From the IMG/VR virus record IMGVR_UViG_3300037067_022550: a DNA stretch of 64,000 bases, one strand, 5' to 3'. Shown here in pieces: positions 19,382 to 29,593 of this stretch. Position 1 is the stretch's first letter. Every line of letters starts with the position of its first letter. The notes under the pieces are model-generated. The model was not told the DNA's origin. It did no database searches and saw only the letters and a program-made list of their open reading frames with translations. Source of the DNA: a virus. The translations under genes were made by a program, and so were the position numbers.

Positions 19382-20041
19382 CTATACTTTTTTAATACAC
19401 CTATTGTTACACTTTTTATTTTCATAACCCCGACACTTTTCTGGAACATTTTTATTGATTAAAAACATATTTATTTTATTGCACTTATCTATTATTGAAT
19501 CTGAAACTTCTTTTGAACTCTTAACATGATAAACTAAAGGAGTTTTGTGATGATATATTAAAATTCCGTCATGAAGTTGAGAAAGAAACAAACAGCATAT
19601 CATATCAATTATGTCCTTCCTAATTGCCCCATTCTGATTAACATTTTCAAATTCTTTTTTATTTAAATATCTAAATAAAAAGACAAAAGGCTCCATACCT
19701 ACTCTAATTATTGCATCTATTGAACAAGATAAGTTAATTGAAGAGTCATTAAAACAAATATCTCTGTTCATTATAATGTAGTTTTCGTTTTCAGACAACA
19801 AATCAATCCAAATGTTTTTTATAAAATTATCCATTATTATTCTTTTTTTTTCTTCTATAGAAATAGTTTTCCCATATAACTTTTGACAAACCAATAGCCT
19901 TGAACATTTTGATATTTCTTTGGAATTTAAAAGAAATGGATTATATTTTTTTGAAAATAAATATTCTTTATCTTCAAAAACTCTACCAATAAAATTAATT
20001 TGATCAACAAAATTATCTGAATTGAAAACTATTTGTTTCAT
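19382..20041 (-). CDS. hypothetical protein
   Basis: 219-aa ORF; 4-nt overlap with the downstream primase gene. Confidence 0.4.
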   Translation of the reverse strand: MKQIVFNSDNFVDQINFIGRVFEDKEYLFSKKYNPFLLNSKEISKCSRLLVCQKLYGKTISIEEKKRIIMDNFIKNIWIDLLSENENYIIMNRDICFNDSSINLSCSIDAIIRVGMEPFVFLFRYLNKKEFENVNQNGAIRKDIIDMICCLFLSQLHDGILIYHHKTPLVYHVKSSKEVSDSIIDKCNKINMFLINKNVPEKCRGYENKKCNNRCIKKV

Positions 20042-20814
20042 TTTCCCGTATATTTTCTGTATTTTGAAGCAACTCTTATAATATCTTCTTGAGTAAGTTT
20101 TCTTTCTAAAGCAAGAAACCTATCTTTGCCATTATTTATAACAAACTCATCAGGATCAATTCCTAATGGAACAGAAATAACTGAAATATCTTTCCAACCA
20201 TATTGATAAAGTTCATTAATTGCCCTTGCCCTAGCTAATTGACCAGCAGCAACTTGAGTGTTCTTATTTTTTTCGTCAGTATCATAACATAAACAAATCT
20301 TATCACAGTACCTTGCCAAAATACCAATTTTTCTATGCCCCAAAGCAACACCCATTAAAGCACAAACATTTTTGATTCCAAATTGGTAAAGAGTAATTGC
20401 ATCAAAATATCCTTCAACAATATAAATTTTGCTACTGTTTATGACATCATCTCTAGATTTGTTTAACAGAAACAAATTATTATTTTTTTCAAATGTTTGA
20501 TTCCACCAATCTCCTTTTATTTCTGCTGAAGGGCTTCTAGATGCAAATGCTAAAAATTCATCACAATCTGATTTGATGGGGACTACTATCTTACCATTAA
20601 GCATCCTGTTTAAGTATTTTTCTTCTTTTGTTATTCCTGGAACTTCTGATTTATGTCCACAATAACCAATTTCAAGAAATTTAATAATATTTTCTGACAA
20701 CCCTCTATTAATTTTCAAATAATTTAAGGCAGTATGGCTTTCCTGTTCATTAGAAAATAAAAGATTGGCATATTCCTGTATATAGGCATTATAATCCATA
20801 CTAATAAAATACAA
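20038..20814 (-). CDS. Toprim-domain DNA primase-like protein
   Basis: IYIVEGYFDAITL and YDTDE (Toprim E and DxD motifs). Confidence 0.55.
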   Translation of the reverse strand: MYFISMDYNAYIQEYANLLFSNEQESHTALNYLKINRGLSENIIKFLEIGYCGHKSEVPGITKEEKYLNRMLNGKIVVPIKSDCDEFLAFASRSPSAEIKGDWWNQTFEKNNNLFLLNKSRDDVINSSKIYIVEGYFDAITLYQFGIKNVCALMGVALGHRKIGILARYCDKICLCYDTDEKNKNTQVAAGQLARARAINELYQYGWKDISVISVPLGIDPDEFVINNGKDRFLALERKLTQEDIIRVASKYRKYTGK

Positions 20815-20842
20815 CTTAACAATAAATTATGCAATATAAAAA

Positions 20843-22036
20843 TTAACCTTTTGTTTCTTGTGATATAATTTCAGAGGCTTCTTTTGGCAACTCGTCACTA
20901 TCTTGGGTTGTATTTAATTCAGCATCAATTGCTTGAATGTTTAAGATTTCTTCTGATAAAGTAATTCCTTTTTCTTCTGCCTTTTCTTTCATAACCCCAA
21001 TTAATTCCAATACCTTGTTGTTCTTAGTAAACCACTCTGCCAATGAAATAAAGTCAGTACAACCAGTAACTTCTTGATCTTTACCCTTACCAAATACATA
21101 TGTCATCTTTTCTTCTATATTTTTTCTGCTAACTGCTTTAATTTCATAAGCATATTTTACAAGATTAACTATAGGATTATTTGCTCCTTCATTAAACTGC
21201 ACTTCAAATTCCCCTTCTCCAAATGGGGCTGCAACCTTATTTTTTACAACCTTAATTTTACTATTAATAGCTACTACCTTACTATCATCTTCAGTTGCTC
21301 CTTTTTCTTTGACATTTCCAGTCCTAACAACTCTTAGCCTCATGTGAGAATAAAATTTCAAAGCTCTGCCACCAGGAGTAGTTTCTGAATCTCCCCATGC
21401 AGGTTTATTAATACTTAATTTCTCTCTGATTTGATTTACCCAAACAACTGTAGTATTTGTTTTTGAGCTTGAATCCATAATTTGTCTAACAGCTTTTGAC
21501 ATCATTCTAGCAGCAATACCTGGATTAGAATCTATAATATCACCATCAATTTCAGTTTTAGGTATTAAAGCTGCAGTAGAATCAACCACAACAAGAGATA
21601 CTATTCCGGATGCACATAGTTTACTGACATATTCCAAGGCTTGTTCTCCATAATCAAAATCAGCACCATACAGAAGGTTGCCTATGTCTACTCCGTTTGA
21701 AGATGCCCATTGTGGTACAAAACTGTGTTCTATATCAATGAGTGCAGCTTTTTGTCCCATCTTTTGGGCAGAAGCTATTAATTTTAAAGTTAAATAGCTT
21801 TTACCACCAGATTCCGGACCAAAAAGCTCTATCATTCTACCTCTTGGAACACCGCCAATATTTGTGGCATCATCAACAGATTTAATTCCGAAAGGTATGA
21901 CTTCGATGTTCATCCTATTGTCTTTATCCATATAAGATGAAAACAACTGAATTTTAGGTCTACCATCTTTATTTCCAAGACCTTTTTCAAGATTTTCCAA
22001 TGCAACGCTAATATCTTGTCCTTTTTTTTCTTTCAT
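20843..22036 (-). CDS. recA: RecA/UvsX-family recombinase
   Basis: GGVPRGRMIELFGPESGGKSYLTL Walker A region and L1/L2 region; 397 aa. Confidence 0.8.
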   Translation of the reverse strand: MKEKKGQDISVALENLEKGLGNKDGRPKIQLFSSYMDKDNRMNIEVIPFGIKSVDDATNIGGVPRGRMIELFGPESGGKSYLTLKLIASAQKMGQKAALIDIEHSFVPQWASSNGVDIGNLLYGADFDYGEQALEYVSKLCASGIVSLVVVDSTAALIPKTEIDGDIIDSNPGIAARMMSKAVRQIMDSSSKTNTTVVWVNQIREKLSINKPAWGDSETTPGGRALKFYSHMRLRVVRTGNVKEKGATEDDSKVVAINSKIKVVKNKVAAPFGEGEFEVQFNEGANNPIVNLVKYAYEIKAVSRKNIEEKMTYVFGKGKDQEVTGCTDFISLAEWFTKNNKVLELIGVMKEKAEEKGITLSEEILNIQAIDAELNTTQDSDELPKEASEIISQETKG

Positions 22037-22074
22037 TTTTATTTCCTTTGTGTTATTACTAATTTACTTTATTG

Positions 22075-22953
22075 TTAGAAGGGTAAATTGTCTTGATCGT
22101 CGTCTGTTTCTGTGTTAATATGATCAGGTTCGTTTTTTACAACTGGATCTTTTTTGGCAGGTTGTTCTGGCAGACTATTATCTTCTTTTTTAAGTGAATT
22201 ATTTTCTGGCGTTGTCTTTTCTTCTATCTTGCCATATCTTTTTTCAAAATCATCCTTATTAAAAGTTGTACCAGCCTTATACTTGCTTTTAGGGTTGTAT
22301 TTTTGAGAATCATCAAGTTGCAACCACATTTTTTTTATTTCTTCTGGAGTTTTTATCTTGATAACTTTATCCAGATCAAACGGAGGATTAGCTAATATCT
22401 TTTTTTCATCTTCTGTGAAAGGAGAAGACTTAATATCTGGAGTTGCTGAATATTCAGTAGTTCCCCCATTATTTTTAACCCAAATAAACCAATCTGTACC
22501 CTCAGATGATGACGGATTTACTCCGGTTGCCTTATACCAATTCCCAAAATGTGAGAAAACGCTGTCACCAGCTTCTAATACTTTTAATTTATTGCCGTCG
22601 TCTCTGTCAAAAACTTTACAAGAATGTCTTCTTTGCGGCAACCAATCTCCTTCTGACCAAGCGATATCTAAAACTTTTTCATCTATAGAATATGCTGGAC
22701 TTCTTACTGGAGCTTTGGAAATAGATTTAAAGGCACCCCAATGTGATCTAAAATTTTTGGGATTACTAGCAATTCTAACTCTGAATGGATTTTCTTGGGC
22801 TTTTAGTTTAACAAAAATATTATATTCTACTTTTGTATATTGAGCTGTTTGCTTCTGAGTTTTATTTTTTTCTTTATCGAAATTCCAACTAGCACCATCA
22901 TTAACTTTGTTTTCTTCTGACATATTATACCTCCTTATGTTTGGCTCAATCAA
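22075..22953 (-). CDS. single-stranded DNA-binding protein (acidic C-terminal tip)
   Basis: C-terminus TDDDQDNLPF resembles the SSB DDDIPF tail. Located directly downstream of the recombinase. Confidence 0.45.
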   Translation of the reverse strand: MIEPNIRRYNMSEENKVNDGASWNFDKEKNKTQKQTAQYTKVEYNIFVKLKAQENPFRVRIASNPKNFRSHWGAFKSISKAPVRSPAYSIDEKVLDIAWSEGDWLPQRRHSCKVFDRDDGNKLKVLEAGDSVFSHFGNWYKATGVNPSSSEGTDWFIWVKNNGGTTEYSATPDIKSSPFTEDEKKILANPPFDLDKVIKIKTPEEIKKMWLQLDDSQKYNPKSKYKAGTTFNKDDFEKRYGKIEEKTTPENNSLKKEDNSLPEQPAKKDPVVKNEPDHINTETDDDQDNLPF

Positions 22954-23046
22954 GAACCTTTTGGTTTATAATGTCATTTATATTATACAACAAAAAAATA
23001 TTTTTACCTTTTTATTTTTTAAAAATATTTTTCATAATTAAAATAA

Positions 23047-23685
23047 TTATTTTTCTCCCCAATTATACAAATCTTCATCATCTTTTTTTTCTCCAAAGTC
23101 TTGATCATCTTTTAAATCGTTGCTAATGCTTTTTTGAGCATTAAATACAGCACCAGCAACTTGTTTATTCCTATCAAAAGAACCACTAGAAAAATCATTT
23201 AACCTTAATGCTAAGTTATATACCGTAACTTGTCTAGATAAACTTTCGTGTTTATCATCTAGATTCTTCATGATGTGAGCAGTTGATTTGTAAAGAGATT
23301 CTGCTTCTGATGCAGATTCAATAAATTGACGCATTTTTAAAAAGGATTCGCCTTTTCTTTTTTCTGCAGAAGCTTGTGTAGAAAAAGTTAACCATCCTTC
23401 TCTAAGTAATTCACATACTCTTTTTCTTACTATAAAATTTCTATGAACATCAACTAATATTTGAGAAACCCTGTCTTTTGCAGATTGAACTTTTTGAATT
23501 TCTATACTAATTTGTTGTAAACTTGGATTAGGTGATATAGAAATATTTAGGTTTCTGAGTTCATTATAAACATTAGAATAATCTTCTTCTACTGGGTGTA
23601 ATGATTTAAGAAGATCCGTAGACTTGTCAACAATTCTTTGAAAATCATCTACGGATTCAACTTTTTCTACAACTGGGAATGCCAT
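23047..23685 (-). CDS. hypothetical protein
   Basis: 212-aa ORF. Confidence 0.4.
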   Translation of the reverse strand: MAFPVVEKVESVDDFQRIVDKSTDLLKSLHPVEEDYSNVYNELRNLNISISPNPSLQQISIEIQKVQSAKDRVSQILVDVHRNFIVRKRVCELLREGWLTFSTQASAEKRKGESFLKMRQFIESASEAESLYKSTAHIMKNLDDKHESLSRQVTVYNLALRLNDFSSGSFDRNKQVAGAVFNAQKSISNDLKDDQDFGEKKDDEDLYNWGEK

Positions 23686-23726
23686 ATTTATCTATCCCCT
23701 ACTACTTTTATTTAAAACATCAAATA

Positions 23727-24077
23727 TTATTCGTTAACATAAACCAAAACATAATCATTTGTGTTCAAGTCGTATGAACTATCAAATTTAAAAGAATAAT
23801 TTCCAACTTTTATCTTGTTAAATCCTTCTATGACTTTGCCTGTTTTTTTATTATGGAACTTAGATTTTGAAGTGGTTCCTGCCAAACCATAAACAGTAAC
23901 ATTTACTTTAACAATTTCTGCAATTATGTCTTTTTCAACAGCACATTCTAATTCGTCCATAGAGACTGCACCCCTACTATCGTTAACGGCTTCCTTAAAA
24001 GAATGTGTAAATAGATCTTCTATCTTTTCACTTTCAACCTTAAATACATTTGAAGTTTTACTAACTTGTTTTTTCAT
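23727..24077 (-). CDS. hypothetical protein
   Basis: 116-aa ORF. Confidence 0.4.
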   Translation of the reverse strand: MKKQVSKTSNVFKVESEKIEDLFTHSFKEAVNDSRGAVSMDELECAVEKDIIAEIVKVNVTVYGLAGTTSKSKFHNKKTGKVIEGFNKIKVGNYSFKFDSSYDLNTNDYVLVYVNE

Positions 24078-24097
24078 TTTGTTCTCCTTTTGTTTTT

Positions 24098-24379
24098 TTA
24101 TTTATTAATTCTATTTAATGCCCAAGTCTCTTCCCCACCAGCATCTTCTATATCTTTATCAATTTCTGCCTCAATTTCTTCTATGGCCGTCATTTCTTCT
24201 TCTGAAAGTTCAAAGTGCAACCTTGGATCCCAACAGGCACCTTCTGCTTCAATCCAGCTCTCCATACATTTTTTTAATAATTTTCTATAATCTATAAAAT
24301 TGTTTTCTATTTTGTTGGTTTGATTCATTTTAATATCCTCTTTAATATTATACATTGTTTTGATTGTTTTCAGAAACAT
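24098..24379 (-). CDS. hypothetical protein
   Basis: 93-aa acidic ORF. Confidence 0.35.
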   Translation of the reverse strand: MFLKTIKTMYNIKEDIKMNQTNKIENNFIDYRKLLKKCMESWIEAEGACWDPRLHFELSEEEMTAIEEIEAEIDKDIEDAGGEETWALNRINK

Positions 24380-24965
24380 TTTCTACTTTTTTAACAGTTA
24401 ATTTTTGTTTACATAATTCAGAAAATTTTTCAGCAGCATCGGTCTTCTTACCAAGAGAATCAAAAAATAGAACCATACAACCTTCTATATCTTCTGCTAT
24501 TTCGTCCCATTTTTCAGACTCTATTTTCTTTCTTTCCCCTTCTGATGCGTATTCAATAGACCACTCCTTACCACTCGAAAACTTTGAACTTTGATATTGG
24601 CCTTTAGCATTTAATATCTCTACTGTTATTTCACAACTTTTTCTGATGATTGCTGACAAAGATTTTTCTTTTTGTTCTTCATTATTTATTTTAAGTTGAG
24701 GCTTTTCCATTTTGGCTATTTTTCTCAAGCAGCACTTTAAGCCATATTTTAAATCATCTCCTCTATCAACCCATATTTTTTTATTCAATTTGATTTCTTC
24801 TTCTTTTGTCAACCCTTCTGCCACAGTAGAATAAGAACTATATAATTTAATATTTTGATATTTAGCCAGGTCCACAGTAATCACTGCTGACTTATAAATG
24901 TTAGTATTACAAGATCCGCTTTTAACATCACCAACATTAGTCATTAAATCTTCATTATTTTCCAT
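24348..24965 (-). CDS. hypothetical protein
   Basis: 205-aa ORF. Confidence 0.4.
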   Translation of the reverse strand: MENNEDLMTNVGDVKSGSCNTNIYKSAVITVDLAKYQNIKLYSSYSTVAEGLTKEEEIKLNKKIWVDRGDDLKYGLKCCLRKIAKMEKPQLKINNEEQKEKSLSAIIRKSCEITVEILNAKGQYQSSKFSSGKEWSIEYASEGERKKIESEKWDEIAEDIEGCMVLFFDSLGKKTDAAEKFSELCKQKLTVKKVENVSENNQNNV

Positions 24966-25060
24966 CGTATTTCTCCTTTGTTTTTTGGTATATCATCAAT
25001 CCTCAATTTCATTACTATTGGTTTTTACATATTGAGACTTCATATTAACATTATACAAAG

Positions 25061-25687
25061 TTAAAACAAATCTCCGTCAAATTCTTTGTTTTTCTTTTCT
25101 TTTTTGTTTTTAGCTAAAACCAATTCCTTAGTCTTAACAAAACTTTCCAATAATTTCTTTTTATCTCCCCAATCTCTCATACAACCGCAATCAACTAATG
25201 TTTCAAATACATTTTTGTTCAAAGAACGTCCGCTATTATTAGTTATCAAATCTTCTAAATTTTTATATGGTTGTCTACTAATAATTTCTTTTATAACAAC
25301 ATCCCCTAGTCCTTTTAAAACTGAAAGAGGACGCCTAATTCCACCATTTTCAATTGTATAAACATCTTTGCTTAAATTAATGTCATAAGGGAGTAATTCT
25401 ATCCCATATCTTGGTAAAGAATCCTCATATGGTTCTCTTTTTTCTCTTTGTTGCTCTGACATAACAGAAGACAATAATGAACACATAAATTCTATTGTAT
25501 AATGATTTTTAAGCCATGCTGTTTGATAAGCAAGCATAGCATAGGCTGCCGAATGGCTGTTTGATGTATAAATGCCTAAATCATAATCGTTTACAATTTT
25601 ATAGTTGTGTTGATTAGATTTCATGGTTAAATTATAGGCTTCTTCAACACCTAACGGTTTTATTGATTTTATTTTGCACTTTAGCAT
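25061..25687 (-). CDS. dnaE: DNA polymerase III alpha (DnaE) C-terminal fragment with N-terminal C-intein half (43 aa)
   Basis: Own ATG with AAGGAG RBS. MLKCKIKSIK...IYTSN resembles the split DnaE IntC (MIKIATRKYLGK...ASN). It is followed by SHSAAYAMLAYQTAWLKNHY, which matches the DnaE KSHSAAYA motif. Confidence 0.7.
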   Translation of the reverse strand: MLKCKIKSIKPLGVEEAYNLTMKSNQHNYKIVNDYDLGIYTSNSHSAAYAMLAYQTAWLKNHYTIEFMCSLLSSVMSEQQREKREPYEDSLPRYGIELLPYDINLSKDVYTIENGGIRRPLSVLKGLGDVVIKEIISRQPYKNLEDLITNNSGRSLNKNVFETLVDCGCMRDWGDKKKLLESFVKTKELVLAKNKKEKKNKEFDGDLF

Positions 25688-26783
25688 ATTTTCTCCTTAA
25701 AAATAAATCTTTTTTATTAGAATATATCCATTTTAAGAAACTTATACAAGCTTTTCTTCCCCCCAACAAATATAAATTATAATAAATATTACCATTTTTA
25801 TGTATACTATTATGTATGTGAAATTTAAATTTGCTTTTAATATGACTTAAATCTTCTAAAAATTTAACAGATGCACTTGACAACTGTATTTGGTATCTTC
25901 CACTATTACTTCTATAAATACATCCGTCTCCATCTATCAAACCTCTAAAAAATGAATTAATGAATTTTTTAGGAACACAACCATTATACCTTAATACTTT
26001 TGATTTATTCCTTAATACTCCTAATTTTTTTAAGTCCATAGCAATTTTTTTATTAAACACACAAAGCCTAGCCATATCTTTTGCGTTTGGCATGTTTTTT
26101 CTTCTTGTAGAACAGTTTATATGTGTTATTGGATTACTTCCTCCAATTAAATTTCTTATTTTCTTAAGTATATATCCGTCATTTTTTGTTAATTGTATTC
26201 CAAAACCATCATATTTTTTTATAATATAACCGTCTGTCATAATTAAGCCAAATATATATGCTTTTTCAGAAGAATCTATTTTTTTAAAAAAATCTTCTTT
26301 GTAATGTGTTTGTATTTTGGGTTCTCTTCTTTTAATTCCTCTTTTTTTCAAACACGCATATACTGTTTCTTTTCTTTTAAATCCATATTTTTTGGCAATT
26401 TTATTGGCAACTCCACCATTTATATATTCTTTGATAATCTTTTTTTCAATATCATCTGTAATTTTTTTATTCCAAGAGCATTTTATTGGCAATGGAATTT
26501 TGTTTTTTTTATGAATTCTACATATGGCATAATATTTTGCCCCTGTTTTTTTAGATATTTTAGCCAATGAAATATTGTTACGATAAGCGTAATATGCAAG
26601 ATATTTTAAATATCTTTCTCTTTTTAACATCCATTTATTCTCATTAATTATTCTTCTAATTATTCTTTCTGTTAGTTTTGTTTCTTTTTCTATATTTTTC
26701 ATTTCTTCTTGTCTAAAAAACATAGAACGTATTATTTTTTTTGTTTTTTTATCAACATTTATTTTATTATATGCCATTCTCAT
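25644..26783 (-). CDS. free-standing LAGLIDADG homing endonuclease (two motifs) with N-terminal HTH repeats
   Basis: YIFGLIMTDGYI and RGLIDGDGCI motifs. Lies between the two dnaE halves, in a different frame from both. Confidence 0.75.
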   Translation of the reverse strand: MRMAYNKINVDKKTKKIIRSMFFRQEEMKNIEKETKLTERIIRRIINENKWMLKRERYLKYLAYYAYRNNISLAKISKKTGAKYYAICRIHKKNKIPLPIKCSWNKKITDDIEKKIIKEYINGGVANKIAKKYGFKRKETVYACLKKRGIKRREPKIQTHYKEDFFKKIDSSEKAYIFGLIMTDGYIIKKYDGFGIQLTKNDGYILKKIRNLIGGSNPITHINCSTRRKNMPNAKDMARLCVFNKKIAMDLKKLGVLRNKSKVLRYNGCVPKKFINSFFRGLIDGDGCIYRSNSGRYQIQLSSASVKFLEDLSHIKSKFKFHIHNSIHKNGNIYYNLYLLGGRKACISFLKWIYSNKKDLFLRRKYAKVQNKINKTVRC

Positions 26784-26853
26784 TCTGTTTCCTCTTTTAA
26801 TAGTATATATTCAGCAACATATGCTATTATTCAAAAAGAAACAGATAAAACCT

Positions 26854-29541
26854 TTATTTTATATTTTCTTCATATAAAATATTCATGTCTTTTTCAATAA
26901 TTTCGCTAACAGTATGAGCTTTTCCATCTTCACAAATAAATTTATGATTTAAGGTGCATTTAATTATCATTCCGTTTGATAATTCAATTTCATAAACTTC
27001 TTTTTTACCTGTTTTAAAAACTTTAACAACTTCGTCATCTATTGTATTGCCATCAACATAACTGTCTAAAACAACCTTTATATTACTATTACAAAGTTCT
27101 TCTAATGAATATCTTTTTTTATCAATTTTATTAAAAACTTTGGTTGAACCTAGTAAGCATTCATTGAATCCATATCCTCCAAAATACTGACATAGAGAAA
27201 ACACCCTTTCAGCAATATCCTTTTCAACTCCATGGTTAATGCACCCCTTAATAAACTTATCTTTTAATTTCATTATCTTTTCTGGCTCTTTTTTTCCTAT
27301 ACCTTTTCTTAAAGTATCAGCTTCTGATGCACTGAAGCCAGCCATTTTTATTGAAACTAACATTATTTGTTCCTGAAAAATCATATTGCCATAAGTTTTA
27401 CTAAGCAATTCTTTCATTATTGGATGTATATATTCTACTTGCTTTCTGTTATGCTTATAATCACAATAATCTGTATGGATGTCTGCATTAAGCACCCCTG
27501 GTCTATAAAGAGCATTTGCAACTACTATATCATTAAATGTATCTATTCTTAAATCTCCAATTAATTTGGTCATTCCTGTACTTTCAAGTTGGAATACCCC
27601 TCCTGTATCTCCATTAGTTAGCATATCAAAAACTTTCTGATCATTTGGTTCTAATGAATTAATATCAATGTCTTTATTATGCCTCTTTTTTATTAAGTCT
27701 AAACATTGCTCAACAAGAGTTAGAGTTTTTAATGCAAGAAAATCGAACTTTAGTAATCCCAATTCCTCTACTTCTTTAAGGTTATATTGAGTACAAATTA
27801 CATCTTTAGCTAATCTTAGTGGAACGTGTTGAACTACAGGATCTTTGCAAACAATTATTCCTGCAGGATGAACTCCCGCTGCTGAAAGCTTACCTTCTAT
27901 TTTTTTTGCATAACTAAAAACATCTTTATATTTATCAACATATTCTTTCAAGTTGCTAATATATCTGTTTTTTTTGTATGTAGTAAGTTTATCAATTTCA
28001 ATATTTGGACCATTGGGAATTGATTTGCATATCTCATTGGCAAGCTGTAATGTTTTTTCTCCTGATTCCCAATTGCCCTTAAAATCACCCTTCATGTTTT
28101 CAAAATCATTTCCTATATCTAAAACCTTGCAGACTCTCCTAACAGCGTCTTTTGCCTTCAAACTAGTATATGTTCCTATTCTTGTTGTGCATTCAACTCC
28201 ATATTTATGAGTTAAATATTGAAAAACTTGCTCTTGTTTTGTATAATCAAAATCCAAATCAACATCAGGAGGGCTAACTCTATCTTTATTTAAAAATCTT
28301 GAAAAAAGTAAATTGTATTTTACAGGATCTACGTGGGTAATTCCAAGACAATATAAACATAACGAAGCCACACCACTTCCTCTTCCAGGCCCAGTCCTTA
28401 TCCCTTCTCTTTTAGAGTAGGCAATAACATCCCAAAGTATTAAAAAATATTTTGCATATTTAAGACTTACAATAACATCCCATTCTTCTGCTATCCTTTC
28501 CTCATATTCTGGTTTACCTTTTAAACCCCTATTTACCATACCGTCATCAATTAAACTCTTTAAATATACTTGTTCTGATGATTCTCCAGGTGGCAATTTG
28601 AAATCAGGTAACAAATCTTTTTCAATTTCAATAAGATTATCTTCAATTTTATCAGATATAATAATACTATTGCTTAATAACTCTGGAAGATTTTTATATA
28701 CTTTCTCTAATTCTTCAAAAGGTTTAATATAAAAATCACTAGATTCAAAAGAAAACCTCTTTGGATTTTTAATAGTATCTTTAGTTGCTATACTTAAGAG
28801 AACATCTTGAGCTAAATAATCTTCCTTATCAGCATAATGAGAGTCACATGTAGCTACAGGAAGAATGTGCAGTTCCTTAGCTAATTTATATAACTTATGC
28901 ATAACAATTTTAAATTCACTGGTAGTCTTTTCGTCGTTATATTTGTGAACCATTATTTCAACAAAAAAATCATCACCATATATTTCTTTAAACAATAATA
29001 AGTTTTTTCTAGCAGTTTCCATGTCGTTTTTTAATATATAATGAGCTGCCAAACCATTAATACAAGCAGATCCACAAATAATACCGTCTTTATGCTTCTT
29101 TAACAAATCAACATCAATCCTTGGACGACTATAAAACCCCTTTAAATAGGCCACAGAGCTAAGAGCTATTAAATTCTTATAGCCAACCTTATTTTTAGCT
29201 AATAAGGTCACGTGAAGCCTTTTGTCATCTTTATTCTTAATATTTATATCATCAACTAAATATAATTCTGTTCCCAATATTGGCTTAATCTTTTCTTTTA
29301 TCTCTTCTTTGTTGCCATGATGAACTTTTTGTTCTTTACAAGCATTATAGAACCTATATAAACCAGCACAAGTACCATGATCTGTTAACGCAATTGCTCT
29401 AAAGCGGTTTTTCCTAGCAGTGTTAGCCATATCTTCAGGAGAGCAAAAACCATCTAATAGAGAGAAATAACTATGGCAATGAAGAGGGACATAACCTGCC
29501 CATTGTTTATTTACTGTAGATATAGATGTTTCTTCAGACAT
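26854..29541 (-). CDS. dnaE: DNA polymerase III alpha (DnaE) N-terminal fragment ending in N-intein half (101 aa, 26857-27159)
   Basis: PHP domain HCHSYFSLLDG and pol III alpha core. ...YFGGYGFNE|CLLGSTKV... begins a Hint N-terminal block that runs 101 aa to a stop codon. Confidence 0.8.
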   Translation of the reverse strand: MSEETSISTVNKQWAGYVPLHCHSYFSLLDGFCSPEDMANTARKNRFRAIALTDHGTCAGLYRFYNACKEQKVHHGNKEEIKEKIKPILGTELYLVDDINIKNKDDKRLHVTLLAKNKVGYKNLIALSSVAYLKGFYSRPRIDVDLLKKHKDGIICGSACINGLAAHYILKNDMETARKNLLLFKEIYGDDFFVEIMVHKYNDEKTTSEFKIVMHKLYKLAKELHILPVATCDSHYADKEDYLAQDVLLSIATKDTIKNPKRFSFESSDFYIKPFEELEKVYKNLPELLSNSIIISDKIEDNLIEIEKDLLPDFKLPPGESSEQVYLKSLIDDGMVNRGLKGKPEYEERIAEEWDVIVSLKYAKYFLILWDVIAYSKREGIRTGPGRGSGVASLCLYCLGITHVDPVKYNLLFSRFLNKDRVSPPDVDLDFDYTKQEQVFQYLTHKYGVECTTRIGTYTSLKAKDAVRRVCKVLDIGNDFENMKGDFKGNWESGEKTLQLANEICKSIPNGPNIEIDKLTTYKKNRYISNLKEYVDKYKDVFSYAKKIEGKLSAAGVHPAGIIVCKDPVVQHVPLRLAKDVICTQYNLKEVEELGLLKFDFLALKTLTLVEQCLDLIKKRHNKDIDINSLEPNDQKVFDMLTNGDTGGVFQLESTGMTKLIGDLRIDTFNDIVVANALYRPGVLNADIHTDYCDYKHNRKQVEYIHPIMKELLSKTYGNMIFQEQIMLVSIKMAGFSASEADTLRKGIGKKEPEKIMKLKDKFIKGCINHGVEKDIAERVFSLCQYFGGYGFNECLLGSTKVFNKIDKKRYSLEELCNSNIKVVLDSYVDGNTIDDEVVKVFKTGKKEVYEIELSNGMIIKCTLNHKFICEDGKAHTVSEIIEKDMNILYEENIK

Positions 29542-29593
29542 TTTACTTCTTCGTTTGTTAGTTTATTTGTTTTAATATTATACAACGATTTTA

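Noticed and set aside
26854-29541. Interpreting the dnaE arrangement as a simple contiguous intein
   Set aside because: The three ORFs are in three different frames (a 1601-nt span, not a multiple of 3). The N-half ends with a stop after a canonical-length IntN. The C-half has its own strong RBS and start codon.
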